Assembly (NCBI GenBank): GCA_964576435.1
Contig: CAZNUP010000002.1
Location: 107,302-171,301, forward strand
DNA: 64,000 nucleotides
From: an uncultured Gammaproteobacteria bacterium
GTDB taxonomy: Bacteria; Patescibacteriota; Microgenomatia; JAMCZE01
Reading direction: 5' to 3'
The notes under the pieces were generated by a model that saw nothing but the letters and a program-made list of their open reading frames with translations, was not told the DNA's origin and searched no databases. The first letter of the stretch is position 1, and every line of letters starts with the position of its first letter. Both the position numbers and the translations under genes were made by a program. Below, piece after piece: positions 38,532 through 48,021 of this stretch.

Positions 38532-39998
38532 TTATTTATTGTATTTTTCAAGAAGTTTTTTCAACTTTTCTTGTTGTTCTGTTTGCTGATAGAGGTTTGC
38601 TAGCGATTGTGCGGAAAAAAAGAAATTAGGATTTACCTCTAGGGCTTTTAAATAGTTTTTTTCTGCTTCTTCAACATTCCCTCTTGCTACTTCTGCATTT
38701 GCTAGATTGTGATAAAGATTTGGAACTGTCGGGTCTATCTTTATGCCTTTTTGGTAAGTTGAAATAGAATTATCTATATCACCATTTTCTGCATATGCCA
38801 TGCCTAGACCGTTAATAATTCTAATTGATTTGGGGGCGTGAATTAGTGTTTGGGTATAAAACCTAACTGAGTCGTTCCAATCAAATTGGCGGATAAAATT
38901 TCTTAGACTGAAAAGTATTAAAACTACATAAATTGTGTAAAGCACATATTTATTCTTTAGGTATTTTTCAGCCAAAATTAAAAGGAAAGCGAAGAAGAAA
39001 ACTAGTGGCAAATATAGGAAGTGTTCATAGAAAATACCGTTAATTAATAGAATTCCTGTATATGGAATAAAACAGATGAAGAAACCCAGGAAACAGAATA
39101 TTAAATTATTAAAATTTTCTTTACCCTTTTGTTTATAGAGAAGGAGTCCAATTAACGCTAAGAAAATAATAAAACCAAAAAGATATGGATTTAGAAAATT
39201 GGTTTGAATACTAATTGTGAAATCTCGTTCCATAAAAAGTTCAGCTGGGAAAAGCATGAGGGCAAAATAGAGATAAAGATTTTGAATAAAAGTTAGGAGC
39301 CTAACAATTAGTGAATTGGCATAAGGATTGTTTCCCCAAGCTGATTTAATATCAAATGAATTAATGCTTGTGAAGTGAAACCAAAGATAAAGTAACGATA
39401 TAGTTAATTGTGACCATAGCGTCTTCCAACTCTTATTTAAAATCCCCAAAACAATTAAAAGCGGTAGGAAAACTAGCCCCGTCTCTTTAGATAAAATTGA
39501 AAGAGTAAAAAATCCTAAACTCCACCAATTTTTTTTCTTTAGAAAAAAGATTAAAGATAAAAAACCAAATAAAACAAACATGGGGTCAGAAAGACCTGAG
39601 ATATAGCTAACTGCTTCTGTTTGGACTGGGTGAACTAGAAATACTAGAGATGTTAGGAGGGCAATGGTCTGGTTTTTTGTTAGCAGGTAGAAAAAATAGA
39701 ATATTGCACAAGCTGCTCCAATGTGGAATGCGATATTTAACAGGTGATACCAGAAAGGGGTGAAACCAAAAACTGCATGGGTTGTGGCATATGCAATTTG
39801 TGGGAGAGGGCGATAATAGTTGGAGTTTTTGTCTCTACCTGCGGTTTGAGATTCTGTAAAGAATTTGTCAACTCTAAATTCGGCTACATATTTATTGGCG
39901 TAAACAAAATCTTCGTCATCCCAAAGAAATGGGCCAAAAAGGGAGGGTAGATAAAGAATAATTCCAGCAAAAAAGAGTATGAGAAAATATTTCTTCAC
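38532..39998 (-). CDS. TMTC-like GT-C glycosyltransferase with TPRs
   Basis: WDD, YYRPL, HPVQTEAV, SKE, EHFLYLP; C-terminal TPRs. Confidence 0.88.
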   Translation of the reverse strand: MKKYFLILFFAGIILYLPSLFGPFLWDDEDFVYANKYVAEFRVDKFFTESQTAGRDKNSNYYRPLPQIAYATTHAVFGFTPFWYHLLNIAFHIGAACAIFYFFYLLTKNQTIALLTSLVFLVHPVQTEAVSYISGLSDPMFVLFGFLSLIFFLKKKNWWSLGFFTLSILSKETGLVFLPLLIVLGILNKSWKTLWSQLTISLLYLWFHFTSINSFDIKSAWGNNPYANSLIVRLLTFIQNLYLYFALMLFPAELFMERDFTISIQTNFLNPYLFGFIIFLALIGLLLYKQKGKENFNNLIFCFLGFFICFIPYTGILLINGIFYEHFLYLPLVFFFAFLLILAEKYLKNKYVLYTIYVVLILFSLRNFIRQFDWNDSVRFYTQTLIHAPKSIRIINGLGMAYAENGDIDNSISTYQKGIKIDPTVPNLYHNLANAEVARGNVEEAEKNYLKALEVNPNFFFSAQSLANLYQQTEQQEKLKKLLEKYNK

Positions 39999-40145
39999 AA
40001 TCTAATTATACCCCGGGATTTTAATATTCTGATATATGAAAATCTTTGGTTTTTAAGAATTTCTTGAAGAGTTGAAGATAGTCTCCTAGTATTCCAATTG
40101 GCTTTTTGTGCAGATTAGTTGATTATATTGGAACTTACTTTAAAT

Positions 40146-40712
40146 CTATTTTATGAATTTGAAAGTTTGTAGTAAACTTTCAAAAGTGTCAAACATATCT
40201 GAGTCTTGGTTGTGCATAAGGCTAAGCCAGTAATAAGTTCCATTTCTGAATAAGTCGACTCTAGAAATGCGAACGGTAATGGGCGGATTGTAAACATTTC
40301 CTCTTTCCTCACTTATTTTTTCTTTAAGTTCGCACTTTTTTGCAGGAACAGAATCAAGTTGAATATCTTTACACGAAGTAAAACCTGGCAAGTTCATAGG
40401 TTTTTTGTTGGTAGTTTCTATCCAAATTTGATCTTCATTTGGTCCTCCATCGCTGAAGAGAACTCCATTTTCAAATGGCACGCCATACGGCAGAGGTTCT
40501 GGTTTAAGTTGTTCAGGATATTTTACAGAAAAATCATTTGTCCTGTCTGAATAGGTTTTCCAGTCAGATGTTACCGCTTCAAATGGGTTAATTTGGTTTT
40601 GCTGCTTTTTAGATTTAAAGATAAGATATACGTTGGCCGTTAATGAAAGCACTAGAAGTAGGACTAAGAAAGTAATTAAAATGTGGACAAATTTTTTGTT
40701 TTTCACCGTCAA
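40146..40712 (-). CDS. PsbP-like membrane-anchored protein
   Basis: TM; WKTY....FSVKYP...LLQTFKF. Confidence 0.75.
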   Translation of the reverse strand: MTVKNKKFVHILITFLVLLLVLSLTANVYLIFKSKKQQNQINPFEAVTSDWKTYSDRTNDFSVKYPEQLKPEPLPYGVPFENGVLFSDGGPNEDQIWIETTNKKPMNLPGFTSCKDIQLDSVPAKKCELKEKISEERGNVYNPPITVRISRVDLFRNGTYYWLSLMHNQDSDMFDTFESLLQTFKFIK

Positions 40713-40791
40713 ATTGTACGTTGATCATACCAAAACGTCAAAAATCGGTTCCAACGACGTTTTTAGTTTAAAGTCGAATCTAATTTCGTTG

Positions 40792-41014
40792 GTGCGGTGT
40801 TACGAACAAGCTAGAACGTTATGTCGCAGCTCGCTCCGCTCGCTGCTTTTATAGCGTCGGCCTGCGGTCTCTGCGTTGGAAAAGGTCGGCTCGATCTTCT
40901 TTTTGAAGGACCGGCAGCTAGCCGTCGAATATACTCAGGAATTCGCGGCGCTCCGAGCGGTTGCGGGCGCTTGGCGCGCCGCTACCAATTCTTCTGAAAA
41001 ATCCCTGTCTGTGC
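40792..41014 (+). mobile_element. Non-autonomous mini-element or relic of the serine recombinase family at tRNA-Tyr
   Basis: GTGC direct repeats; P-like arm and Q-like arm encoding EKVGSIFFLKDRQL...FAALRAVAGA. Confidence 0.75.
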
Positions 41015-41096
41015 TGAGACCTGGATTCGAACCAGGGTAGCTCTTTCGAGCACGAGATTTACAGTCTCGCTCATTTGTCCACTCTGATATCTCAGC
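41012..41096 (-). tRNA. tRNA-Tyr(GTA)
   Basis: CT-GTA-AA loop, long variable arm, GTTCGAATC. Confidence 0.93.
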
Positions 41097-41691
41097 TAAT
41101 CAACTCAGATGATATTATACCAATGTCCGATAAAATCTGTTCAAGAAGTCTTTTGTCGTTGTATCTTACGTGTATAAGGCCGTGCGGCATTTTATCAACT
41201 TTTTTTTCATCGAAGTCTGTTCGTGTATAAGGTTTGGTAAAATTTGATTTTGAAATTTTTAATTTTTTAGACCAGAAATCTACCAGACTAGAGGCATTTT
41301 GATTTGAATAGCAATACAAAAATGCTCTTAGTCGCTTTTCGTCTATTTTATATATTTGTCTTAGTAATTTTGTGAAAATTACTACCATATTTTCATTTGA
41401 ATTGGCAAAATCCACAATTCCATGTGGGGCTTTTGCTCCTTCTGCCCAGTACAACATTAACCCGGCCTGTAATAGCATTTTCTCGCTTTTTGTTGTTGGT
41501 GTTTTCTTTTGATAGGAGAGTGGAGTTTTATTAAATCTTAATTTTAAGGAGAGCGCTATTTTTCTCCTTGGAATATTAAATTTCTTCATTATCGACAAAA
41601 CCTGCCATTGGCTGATTTTAAGAGTGTGAGCTATCTCACGGGTATTTAGTTGTTGGTTACAATAAAGATCTCTTATCTTGTCAATGTCCAT
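41092..41691 (-). CDS. HTH plus single-motif LAGLIDADG-like endonuclease
   Basis: N-terminal HTH; GLMLYWAEG..FANS..FW. Confidence 0.75.
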   Translation of the reverse strand: MDIDKIRDLYCNQQLNTREIAHTLKISQWQVLSIMKKFNIPRRKIALSLKLRFNKTPLSYQKKTPTTKSEKMLLQAGLMLYWAEGAKAPHGIVDFANSNENMVVIFTKLLRQIYKIDEKRLRAFLYCYSNQNASSLVDFWSKKLKISKSNFTKPYTRTDFDEKKVDKMPHGLIHVRYNDKRLLEQILSDIGIISSELIS

Positions 41692-41745
41692 GCATACTTA
41701 GTATATTACTTTTGTTGAAGAATTCTAGAAGAGAAATTTTATTTG

Positions 41746-41817
41746 AGCCACCTCTCGGATTTGGACCGAGGACCTTCGCTTTACAAAAGCGTTGCTCTAC
41801 CACTGAGCTAAGGTGGC
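41746..41817 (-). tRNA. tRNA-Thr(TGT)
   Basis: GCCACCT/AGGTGGC acceptor stem, TT-TGT-AA loop. Confidence 0.93.
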
Positions 41818-41859
41818 TTGTTAAAGGATATTATACAGGAGTTGTTGGGGACAAATAAA

Positions 41860-42031
41860 GCTCCCCAAGGAACTGGCAGAAAAGAAGCGTTTTCCCCGAA
41901 ATATTTGGGTCCCGAAAAGTTTCTGACTTTAGCTTGTGGCATGGCCAAAAAACATTTCGATGTGGTTAGCCCTTTCAAGTAGAACGCTGTCAGGGAAAAA
42001 TACTCCTTTTGCCAATGTTCTTCAGGGAACC
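41860..42031 (-). ncRNA. ssrS: Probable 6S RNA
   Basis: About 172-nt rod with extensive 5'/3' pairing and a central bubble; TATAAT upstream. Confidence 0.6.
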
Positions 42032-42056
42032 TATGTGTATATTATAAACCCTTTCG

Positions 42057-42656
42057 TCAATGGATCAAAAAGGAAGTTATGTTGAAAATTATTGGATCAA
42101 TTATGCCAAAAATCAGAGGGCGAAAGAGATATATTGCACCAAAAACGAGAAGAAAACTAAATCTTTCGAGAGACAAATAGATTCTACTTATGTTGTCTGG
42201 TAAAACTCCCGCCAAGATTTTTGAACCATCAAGTGGAGGAATTGGTAAAAGGTTGAAAATAGCTAATGTTACATTTAAATAGATACCACTTGTTAGGATA
42301 TTTGTGACAATTGGTCCAAGATTTAGAAAGAGGAGGAGTGAGAAAAGTCCGGCAATTAAGAGATTGGTTGCTGGACCAGCTAATGAAACTATTGCCATAT
42401 CTCGTTTTGGATCCTTCAAATTAAACGGATCTACTGGCACTGGCTTAGCGGCTCCAAAGATAACGCCGGCATTTAAGATGAATAGAATTAGGGGAAGGGC
42501 GATAGTCATAATAGGGTCAATATGGGGGATAGGATTTAGGGTCAAACGTCCGTGGACTCTGGCTGTTGGGTCTCCTAATTTGTCGGCTACATAGCCATGA
42601 GCAATCTCGTGGAGGATGATTGAATAGATCAGAACTAGAAAATCGACAACAAACAT
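42057..42656 (-). CDS. Site-2 protease (M50)
   Basis: HEIAH, AGP..N, NLLPIPPLDG. Confidence 0.93.
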   Translation of the reverse strand: MFVVDFLVLIYSIILHEIAHGYVADKLGDPTARVHGRLTLNPIPHIDPIMTIALPLILFILNAGVIFGAAKPVPVDPFNLKDPKRDMAIVSLAGPATNLLIAGLFSLLLFLNLGPIVTNILTSGIYLNVTLAIFNLLPIPPLDGSKILAGVLPDNISRIYLSLERFSFLLVFGAIYLFRPLIFGIIDPIIFNITSFLIH

Positions 42657-42672
42657 GGTAAAATTCTAACAT

Positions 42673-42903
42673 ATGACTCAATGTGACATTTGCGGAAAAG
42701 GCGTTATGGTTGGCCACAATGTGCGCCATACTCATTCTGGGCAATGGGAAAAAAGAGCAACAAAAACTCGCAGAGTCTTTTTGCCAAACGTTCAAACCGG
42801 TAAAGTAATGATCAACGGCGTTTCTAAAAGGGTTAAGGCTTGTGCATCATGTCTTGCGATGTACAAAGTGAAATACACTCCAAAAGCTGCTACACTGGCT
42901 TAA
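42673..42903 (+). CDS. rpmB: 50S ribosomal protein L28
   Basis: CDICGK..GHNV, RVFLPNVQ, CASC. Confidence 0.93.
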   Translation: MTQCDICGKGVMVGHNVRHTHSGQWEKRATKTRRVFLPNVQTGKVMINGVSKRVKACASCLAMYKVKYTPKAATLA

Positions 42904-43160
42904 TGAGCCAACAAGGATACGTGTCTCCGCTATTTGTAATTATCTCAGGGGTTTTTATCATTGTCTTAGTGGCGACTGTAGCTTTGAACGCAAAATCACT
43001 GGACTTTGGTTCAAGAGCTAGCGAGACAGTCAAAAAAGTTAACTTATTACCCTCTGAAAACGTAGATATTTCTTGTGGAAATGGGGGAAAACTTAAGGTT
43101 GTAAAAAGTGGAGATTCCGCTTATCAACTTAGCTGTACCGGGTTTTTGCCTTCAAATTGA
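42903..43160 (+). CDS. Small membrane protein with prepilin-like N-terminus
   Basis: MSQQG|YVSPLFVII followed by TM. Confidence 0.55.
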   Translation: MSQQGYVSPLFVIISGVFIIVLVATVALNAKSLDFGSRASETVKKVNLLPSENVDISCGNGGKLKVVKSGDSAYQLSCTGFLPSN

Positions 43161-43894
43161 ACGATATCCAGGACTAGTTTTTCATTTTCTAAATGACATT
43201 TTCTAATTAGCATCCGTTTTCCTTCTTTTATGGTCCAAAGACCTGGCCAGGGAGTCATTGCCCTATATTTGTTATATGTCTCAACTTTTTCTAAATCCTC
43301 GTATTTTACAAAACCATCATCTTTAGTGAGCATTTTGGTAAAGGTGGCTTTTTGGTGGTCTTGGGGGGTCAGTTTGCCTGAAAAGTCAATATTGGGCAGT
43401 TCTTTGGCGACTTCTATAAACAATCTTGTATAAAGAGTGTTTGTGGTGTCATCTGGAAAGATAGGGTAATCTTTTTGCCAGAGGATTGGACCAGTGTCCA
43501 AGGTTTTTTCGAGCTTAAAAATGGTGACCGAGGTTTTATTCCTGCCTTCTAGTAAAGCATATTGGACAGGGGAGGCGCCTCTTAATTCTGGTAGCTTGGA
43601 AAAGTGGATATTAAAAGTGCCGATTTTAGCTCTGTTAAAGACATCTTCTTTAATGATCTCTCCAAAATCGGCAACGATTCCTAAATCATAATCTAAGTCA
43701 TTTAACTCTTTAATAGTTTTTACTAAAATTTTGTGTTCATTTGCCCATGTTTTGGTTGCTGAAGGAGTCAAAACTTTTTTTCTCCCCACTGGCTTATCAG
43801 GGCGAGTTACTACCATTTTTAGGTCGAAATTGACCTTTAATGATTCTAAGATTGGTATGCAGTAGTTGGATGTGCCGAAAAAGATTGTTGTCAT
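43124..43894 (-). CDS. fmt: Methionyl-tRNA formyltransferase
   Basis: VVTRPDKPVGR, NIHFSKLP.LRGASP, LDTGPI. Confidence 0.95.
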   Translation of the reverse strand: MTTIFFGTSNYCIPILESLKVNFDLKMVVTRPDKPVGRKKVLTPSATKTWANEHKILVKTIKELNDLDYDLGIVADFGEIIKEDVFNRAKIGTFNIHFSKLPELRGASPVQYALLEGRNKTSVTIFKLEKTLDTGPILWQKDYPIFPDDTTNTLYTRLFIEVAKELPNIDFSGKLTPQDHQKATFTKMLTKDDGFVKYEDLEKVETYNKYRAMTPWPGLWTIKEGKRMLIRKCHLENEKLVLDIVQFEGKNPVQLS

Positions 43895-43953
43895 ATTTTC
43901 TATTCTAACATTTCAGACTTGACATTTTTATATTTTGCCTTATAATTAATACT

Positions 43954-44139
43954 ATGAGTGATCGTAATGAACAGTCAAAAGTTTCCATTGGGGACGTTTC
44001 ACCAGAATTGGCTAAAATATTAGCGAAATTTGCAGCTAGGGGTCAAACACCGGATGCTGATACAGTTGCAATGTTTTTAAAAGCTGCAGCACCAAGGGCG
44101 GTCGAGCTTCTAGATAAGAAGGGTAAAAAACAGGGTTAA
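43954..44139 (+). CDS. Small hypothetical protein between def and fmt
   Basis: TTGACA-16-TATAAT-7-ATG. Confidence 0.6.
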   Translation: MSDRNEQSKVSIGDVSPELAKILAKFAARGQTPDADTVAMFLKAAAPRAVELLDKKGKKQG

Positions 44140-44681
44140 ATTTCTACCTCATCCCACTCTTCTTCACTTTTGTTTTTCGTGATTTTATAGAGTTTTCCCT
44201 GCTGTTCTAGAATTCTTTCAATAAAAAGTTTACCGTCTAGATGGTCCATCTCGTGCTGAATCACAGTTGCTGCAAAGCCTTCAAATGTTTCTTCTTTTGT
44301 TTCTCCGGTTTCTGTTTGGTATTTTAGTTTCAAATTGGTCCATCTTTTAACTACACCGTAATAGTCGGGTTTTGACAAGCAACCTTCGAGAGGGGATTTC
44401 TTGGTTGTTTTATTTGGTTGAAGTTCTTCACTATGACTTAATATTTGAGGGTTAATAAAAACACGGACCTCGTCTGTTTTTTTTGTTCCAAATCTGGCCA
44501 CAAATATTTTCCATGGGAGATTTACTTGATTTGCAGCAAGACCAACCCCTTCTGGATCCTTTTGAGCAAGCATTGTTTCAATCATTTCTGAAACGATTTT
44601 TTTAAGTTTATCGTCAAAGAAATAGACATCTGTGGCGCTAGTTCTCAATATTTCATTTGGCGCTTGAACAATAGTGTACAT
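44136..44681 (-). CDS. def: Peptide deformylase
   Basis: GVGLAANQ, EGCLS, QHEMDHL. Confidence 0.97.
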   Translation of the reverse strand: MYTIVQAPNEILRTSATDVYFFDDKLKKIVSEMIETMLAQKDPEGVGLAANQVNLPWKIFVARFGTKKTDEVRVFINPQILSHSEELQPNKTTKKSPLEGCLSKPDYYGVVKRWTNLKLKYQTETGETKEETFEGFAATVIQHEMDHLDGKLFIERILEQQGKLYKITKNKSEEEWDEVEI

Positions 44682-44712
44682 ATGTTAATTATACCGTATA
44701 TAATTGACTTTC

Positions 44713-45405
44713 ATGACAAAAGATACTCCGAAACATATTGCGATTATTATGGATGGTAACCGGAGGTGGGCTAAGAAAAAAGGGCTTCCTTCCTCAGAAG
44801 GACATAAAGCAGGGTCTGATGCTTTGGAAAATATTGTGGAATCAGCCTCCAAACTAGGGGTTAGAACAGTTACAGTTTATGCGCTTTCTACTGAAAACTT
44901 GCATGAGAGGACGAAAGGTGAAATCTCTTCGATCTTTGAAATTATTAAAATGAGCTTTGAAGTTAAATTTTCAAGGATGATGAAAAATGGAGTCAAAATT
45001 GAAATTCTTGGAGAGCTTGATGGACTTCCAAGGTTTATTCGAAATATTATCGCAAAGACAAACAGATTCGATGTTGATAACGAGAAAATTAAATTGAATG
45101 TAGCATTCAATTATGGGGGGAAAAAGGAAATAATTGTTGCAATTCAAAAACTTCTTAAAGATGGAATTACTGCGGAGGCAGTTACTGAAGAAGAGATAAG
45201 GCAGAGATTATATGCTGGAAATTGTGATGACCCTGATCTTGTTATAAGGACAGGCGGAAAGATGAGACTTTCAAATTTTCTTTTGTGGCAAACAGCTTAT
45301 TCAGAGCTATATTTTTCAAAAAAGATGTGGCCCGACTTTAAAGATAAAGACTTGAAAGAGGCGGTGTCCTGGTTTCAAAAACAAAAGAGGAACTTTGGAA
45401 GATAG
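44713..45405 (+). CDS. uppS: Undecaprenyl diphosphate synthase
   Basis: HIAIIMDGNRRWA, RTGG..RLSNFLLWQ. Confidence 0.97.
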   Translation: MTKDTPKHIAIIMDGNRRWAKKKGLPSSEGHKAGSDALENIVESASKLGVRTVTVYALSTENLHERTKGEISSIFEIIKMSFEVKFSRMMKNGVKIEILGELDGLPRFIRNIIAKTNRFDVDNEKIKLNVAFNYGGKKEIIVAIQKLLKDGITAEAVTEEEIRQRLYAGNCDDPDLVIRTGGKMRLSNFLLWQTAYSELYFSKKMWPDFKDKDLKEAVSWFQKQKRNFGR

Positions 45406-45408
45406 ACC

Positions 45409-46095
45409 TCAATTTACCCCTGGCCATCCGAAAATTGCAAGAGCTAAAAGCATGTAAATTATTGGCAGTGCAAATCCGGCTGTTAACTCTTTTGGGGTGT
45501 GTAGTTTCAGGTGCCACCTTGCCCAACCAATAGGAATTAAAAGTAGGAACAGCCAGAGGAAAGTTAAACCAAAAAGTAAATTTATATAGGCAAACGTAAT
45601 CGTAGCAACCGCCATGTGGCCACTAATTTTAAAATCAAATATAACCCAGATTGCTGACATTGTAAGTAAGATTGCAGACAGAAGTAGACCAAGGTGAAAA
45701 ATTGTCCAGTTTGTCAGAAAATATGTTAAGACGTTTAAAATAATTAGGGCAACAATGGTAAGGGGTAAAAGATACTTTTTCCTGTCATCAATATTTTTCC
45801 ATTCGATATCTGGAACGCGTTTTGTGGCATGAAGGAAAAGTGTAATTAAAAGAGGAATCAAAATTGTGGTAAAAAAAATAATCGGATAAACAACTAATGC
45901 CTTCCAAAAGCCAATCCCAGATGTTAGTGCAGTTAGAAGCCAGATAATTATTCCCATTGGGAGGGGGCCGAAAATTCGGGAAATTAGAAACGCTAATTTG
46001 TCTTCATTAGTTTTCAGTTCAATCTCTGCCTTGGTGTCCCTAAAAGCTAATAGTTTTTTTATGGAAGTAAATTTATTGGTTGGGTGAGAGCCCAT
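45409..46095 (-). CDS. PAP2-like membrane protein
   Basis: KISGHM, WAR..LK.HT..EL.AG. Confidence 0.7.
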   Translation of the reverse strand: MGSHPTNKFTSIKKLLAFRDTKAEIELKTNEDKLAFLISRIFGPLPMGIIIWLLTALTSGIGFWKALVVYPIIFFTTILIPLLITLFLHATKRVPDIEWKNIDDRKKYLLPLTIVALIILNVLTYFLTNWTIFHLGLLLSAILLTMSAIWVIFDFKISGHMAVATITFAYINLLFGLTFLWLFLLLIPIGWARWHLKLHTPKELTAGFALPIIYMLLALAIFGWPGVN

Positions 46096-46940
46096 ATCTG
46101 AAAAATCATTATGGCAATTAACATCATTGCTCCAATTGGAAATGAACGTTTGCCGATGCTATGTAATCGTTTTAAATCTGGTTGATAAATAGCAGCTCTT
46201 GCGTAACCAATAACAAGAAGTTGATATGCAAGAATAATAATTGTTGGATAAAGCCACCAGCTTTCGTGTCTATAGACCATGTAGGCAAAAGCAAGAAGCC
46301 CTAGGATCGCAACTTTATCAAGAATTCTTAGAAAATTGTGATAACCAAGGACTGTGGCCCAAGTGTTAAGCCCTGCCTTTTTATCAGCTTCAGCATCAGC
46401 TAATTCGTGGATTCCTTGGAAACAAAAGCCAAGACAAGCAAGAACAATAAAACCGCTTGTGAGCATGACGTCGTAAGGTAAATTGTTTAAATTAAACCCA
46501 AGAGAATAGGGGACAAAACCGGCAGCAATTAGATTTGCTACCATGTCCCACGGGAAACGTCCCTTGAATCTGACTGGTGGAATTGAATAGAGGAAGCCAA
46601 AAATAAGAAGCAGAATTAGAGCGACAAAAAGCTCGTAATAGATAAAGATTAAACCACCCATTATTCCAAAAAATGTGGCAATTCCTAAAATTGGTAGCTT
46701 GTATTTTTTGAAATCTAAAGGTGCTTTGTTTCGGTCATTTTCAGAATCTGTGTCGAAAGAATCTATATATTCATTTACCATAAAGGCGCTAATTCCAAGA
46801 AAAACGAGGCCAAGTCCTACATAAAAAATCGTTTGGTAGTCTCTAAAATTAGAAGCGAGGATACCAAAGAGATATGGGACAATATAGATCACCTGTTCGG
46901 GAATTCTCATTATTCCTATGAAACCTTTTAATGTTTTCAT
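46059..46940 (-). CDS. UbiA-family prenyltransferase (CrtEb/LyeJ-like)
   Basis: NEYID..TD..N.R, YSIPPVRFK, D.EADKKAG.NT.A. Confidence 0.85.
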   Translation of the reverse strand: MKTLKGFIGIMRIPEQVIYIVPYLFGILASNFRDYQTIFYVGLGLVFLGISAFMVNEYIDSFDTDSENDRNKAPLDFKKYKLPILGIATFFGIMGGLIFIYYELFVALILLLIFGFLYSIPPVRFKGRFPWDMVANLIAAGFVPYSLGFNLNNLPYDVMLTSGFIVLACLGFCFQGIHELADAEADKKAGLNTWATVLGYHNFLRILDKVAILGLLAFAYMVYRHESWWLYPTIIILAYQLLVIGYARAAIYQPDLKRLHSIGKRSFPIGAMMLIAIMIFQIWALTQPINLLP

Positions 46941-48013
46941 TAGACGTCTCTATTTACCATGTACTCTGCAATTCCTTGAATATAGTCGATTGAATCGACA
47001 TTTAGTCCTCTAATGTCTCGAAGCTTTGAAGCTGTCATTGCAGCATTTTTGGCAAGGCTAACTGCAGTTTTTTTAGAATAGTCGTAGGAGCCTGAATCTT
47101 TAATCGCTTGTTTAGCGTCGTCCAGTTCTTCTTTTGTGGCATTTAAGTTTCCCCACACCTTTTTTAATGATTCTTTTTGTTTTTGTGTGCCGTTTTCTAA
47201 CAGATATAAAATTAAGAGAGTGCATTTGCCCTGCTTTATGTCAGAGTCGGCTGATTTTCCAGTTTTTTCCGGAGTCCCAAAGATGCCTAATATATCATCT
47301 TGAAGTTGGAAGGCAACTCCACCATCCATGGAGTAGCTGTCTAGAATATCGTAAACTTTTTTATCTTCAATTCCAGCTAAATAGGCGCCGACGAAGAGTG
47401 GATTTTTATATGTGTAGATGGCGGTTTTTGCTTTATGAAGAGTCATGACATCGTCTTCGGTCCACTTGGTAAAAAATTCAAGGGTGACATCATAGGATTG
47501 ACCAAAGGCAGTATGGGATATGCCCCTAAGCATCTGTTCGGACGCTTTGATGCTCCCTGTTTTAATAAGGAGTTCTAATCCTAAGAAAATAGCAAGGTCA
47601 CCCGCGTTTATTGCCATAGAGTGGCCAAAGTGTTCACTTTGTTCATACTTTTTTTCAAAAAATTTATGTGTTGTTGGAGCACCTCTTCTGGTTTCGTCTC
47701 TATCCATAAAGTCGTCGTGAATTAATAACCCAGTATGGACTAGTTCCACACCAAGAGCTGCATTCCATACTTTCTCAGTTACTTTTTCTCCGGTTAACAT
47801 ATAGGCATAGTTAACAAATGAACCACGAAGCCTCTTTGACGGTCTTAGGTTGTGTTCTTTGGTATGTTCTAATATGACCTTCACCATATCTTTTTGGCGT
47901 TGGTTATAACCAAAGTTTTGGTTTATTTCCTGATCCCAATATTTGGAAAGTTTTGGGTCGATTTCTAAAACATAGTCAGTCAGGTTCTTTTTTGCTTTTA
48001 ATCCAAGATCCAT
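46940..48013 (-). CDS. Polyprenyl diphosphate synthase (GGPP synthase-like)
   Basis: HDDFMD..RRG, FQLQDD. Confidence 0.93.
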   Translation of the reverse strand: MDLGLKAKKNLTDYVLEIDPKLSKYWDQEINQNFGYNQRQKDMVKVILEHTKEHNLRPSKRLRGSFVNYAYMLTGEKVTEKVWNAALGVELVHTGLLIHDDFMDRDETRRGAPTTHKFFEKKYEQSEHFGHSMAINAGDLAIFLGLELLIKTGSIKASEQMLRGISHTAFGQSYDVTLEFFTKWTEDDVMTLHKAKTAIYTYKNPLFVGAYLAGIEDKKVYDILDSYSMDGGVAFQLQDDILGIFGTPEKTGKSADSDIKQGKCTLLILYLLENGTQKQKESLKKVWGNLNATKEELDDAKQAIKDSGSYDYSKKTAVSLAKNAAMTASKLRDIRGLNVDSIDYIQGIAEYMVNRDV

Positions 48014-48021
48014 AAGTTAAA

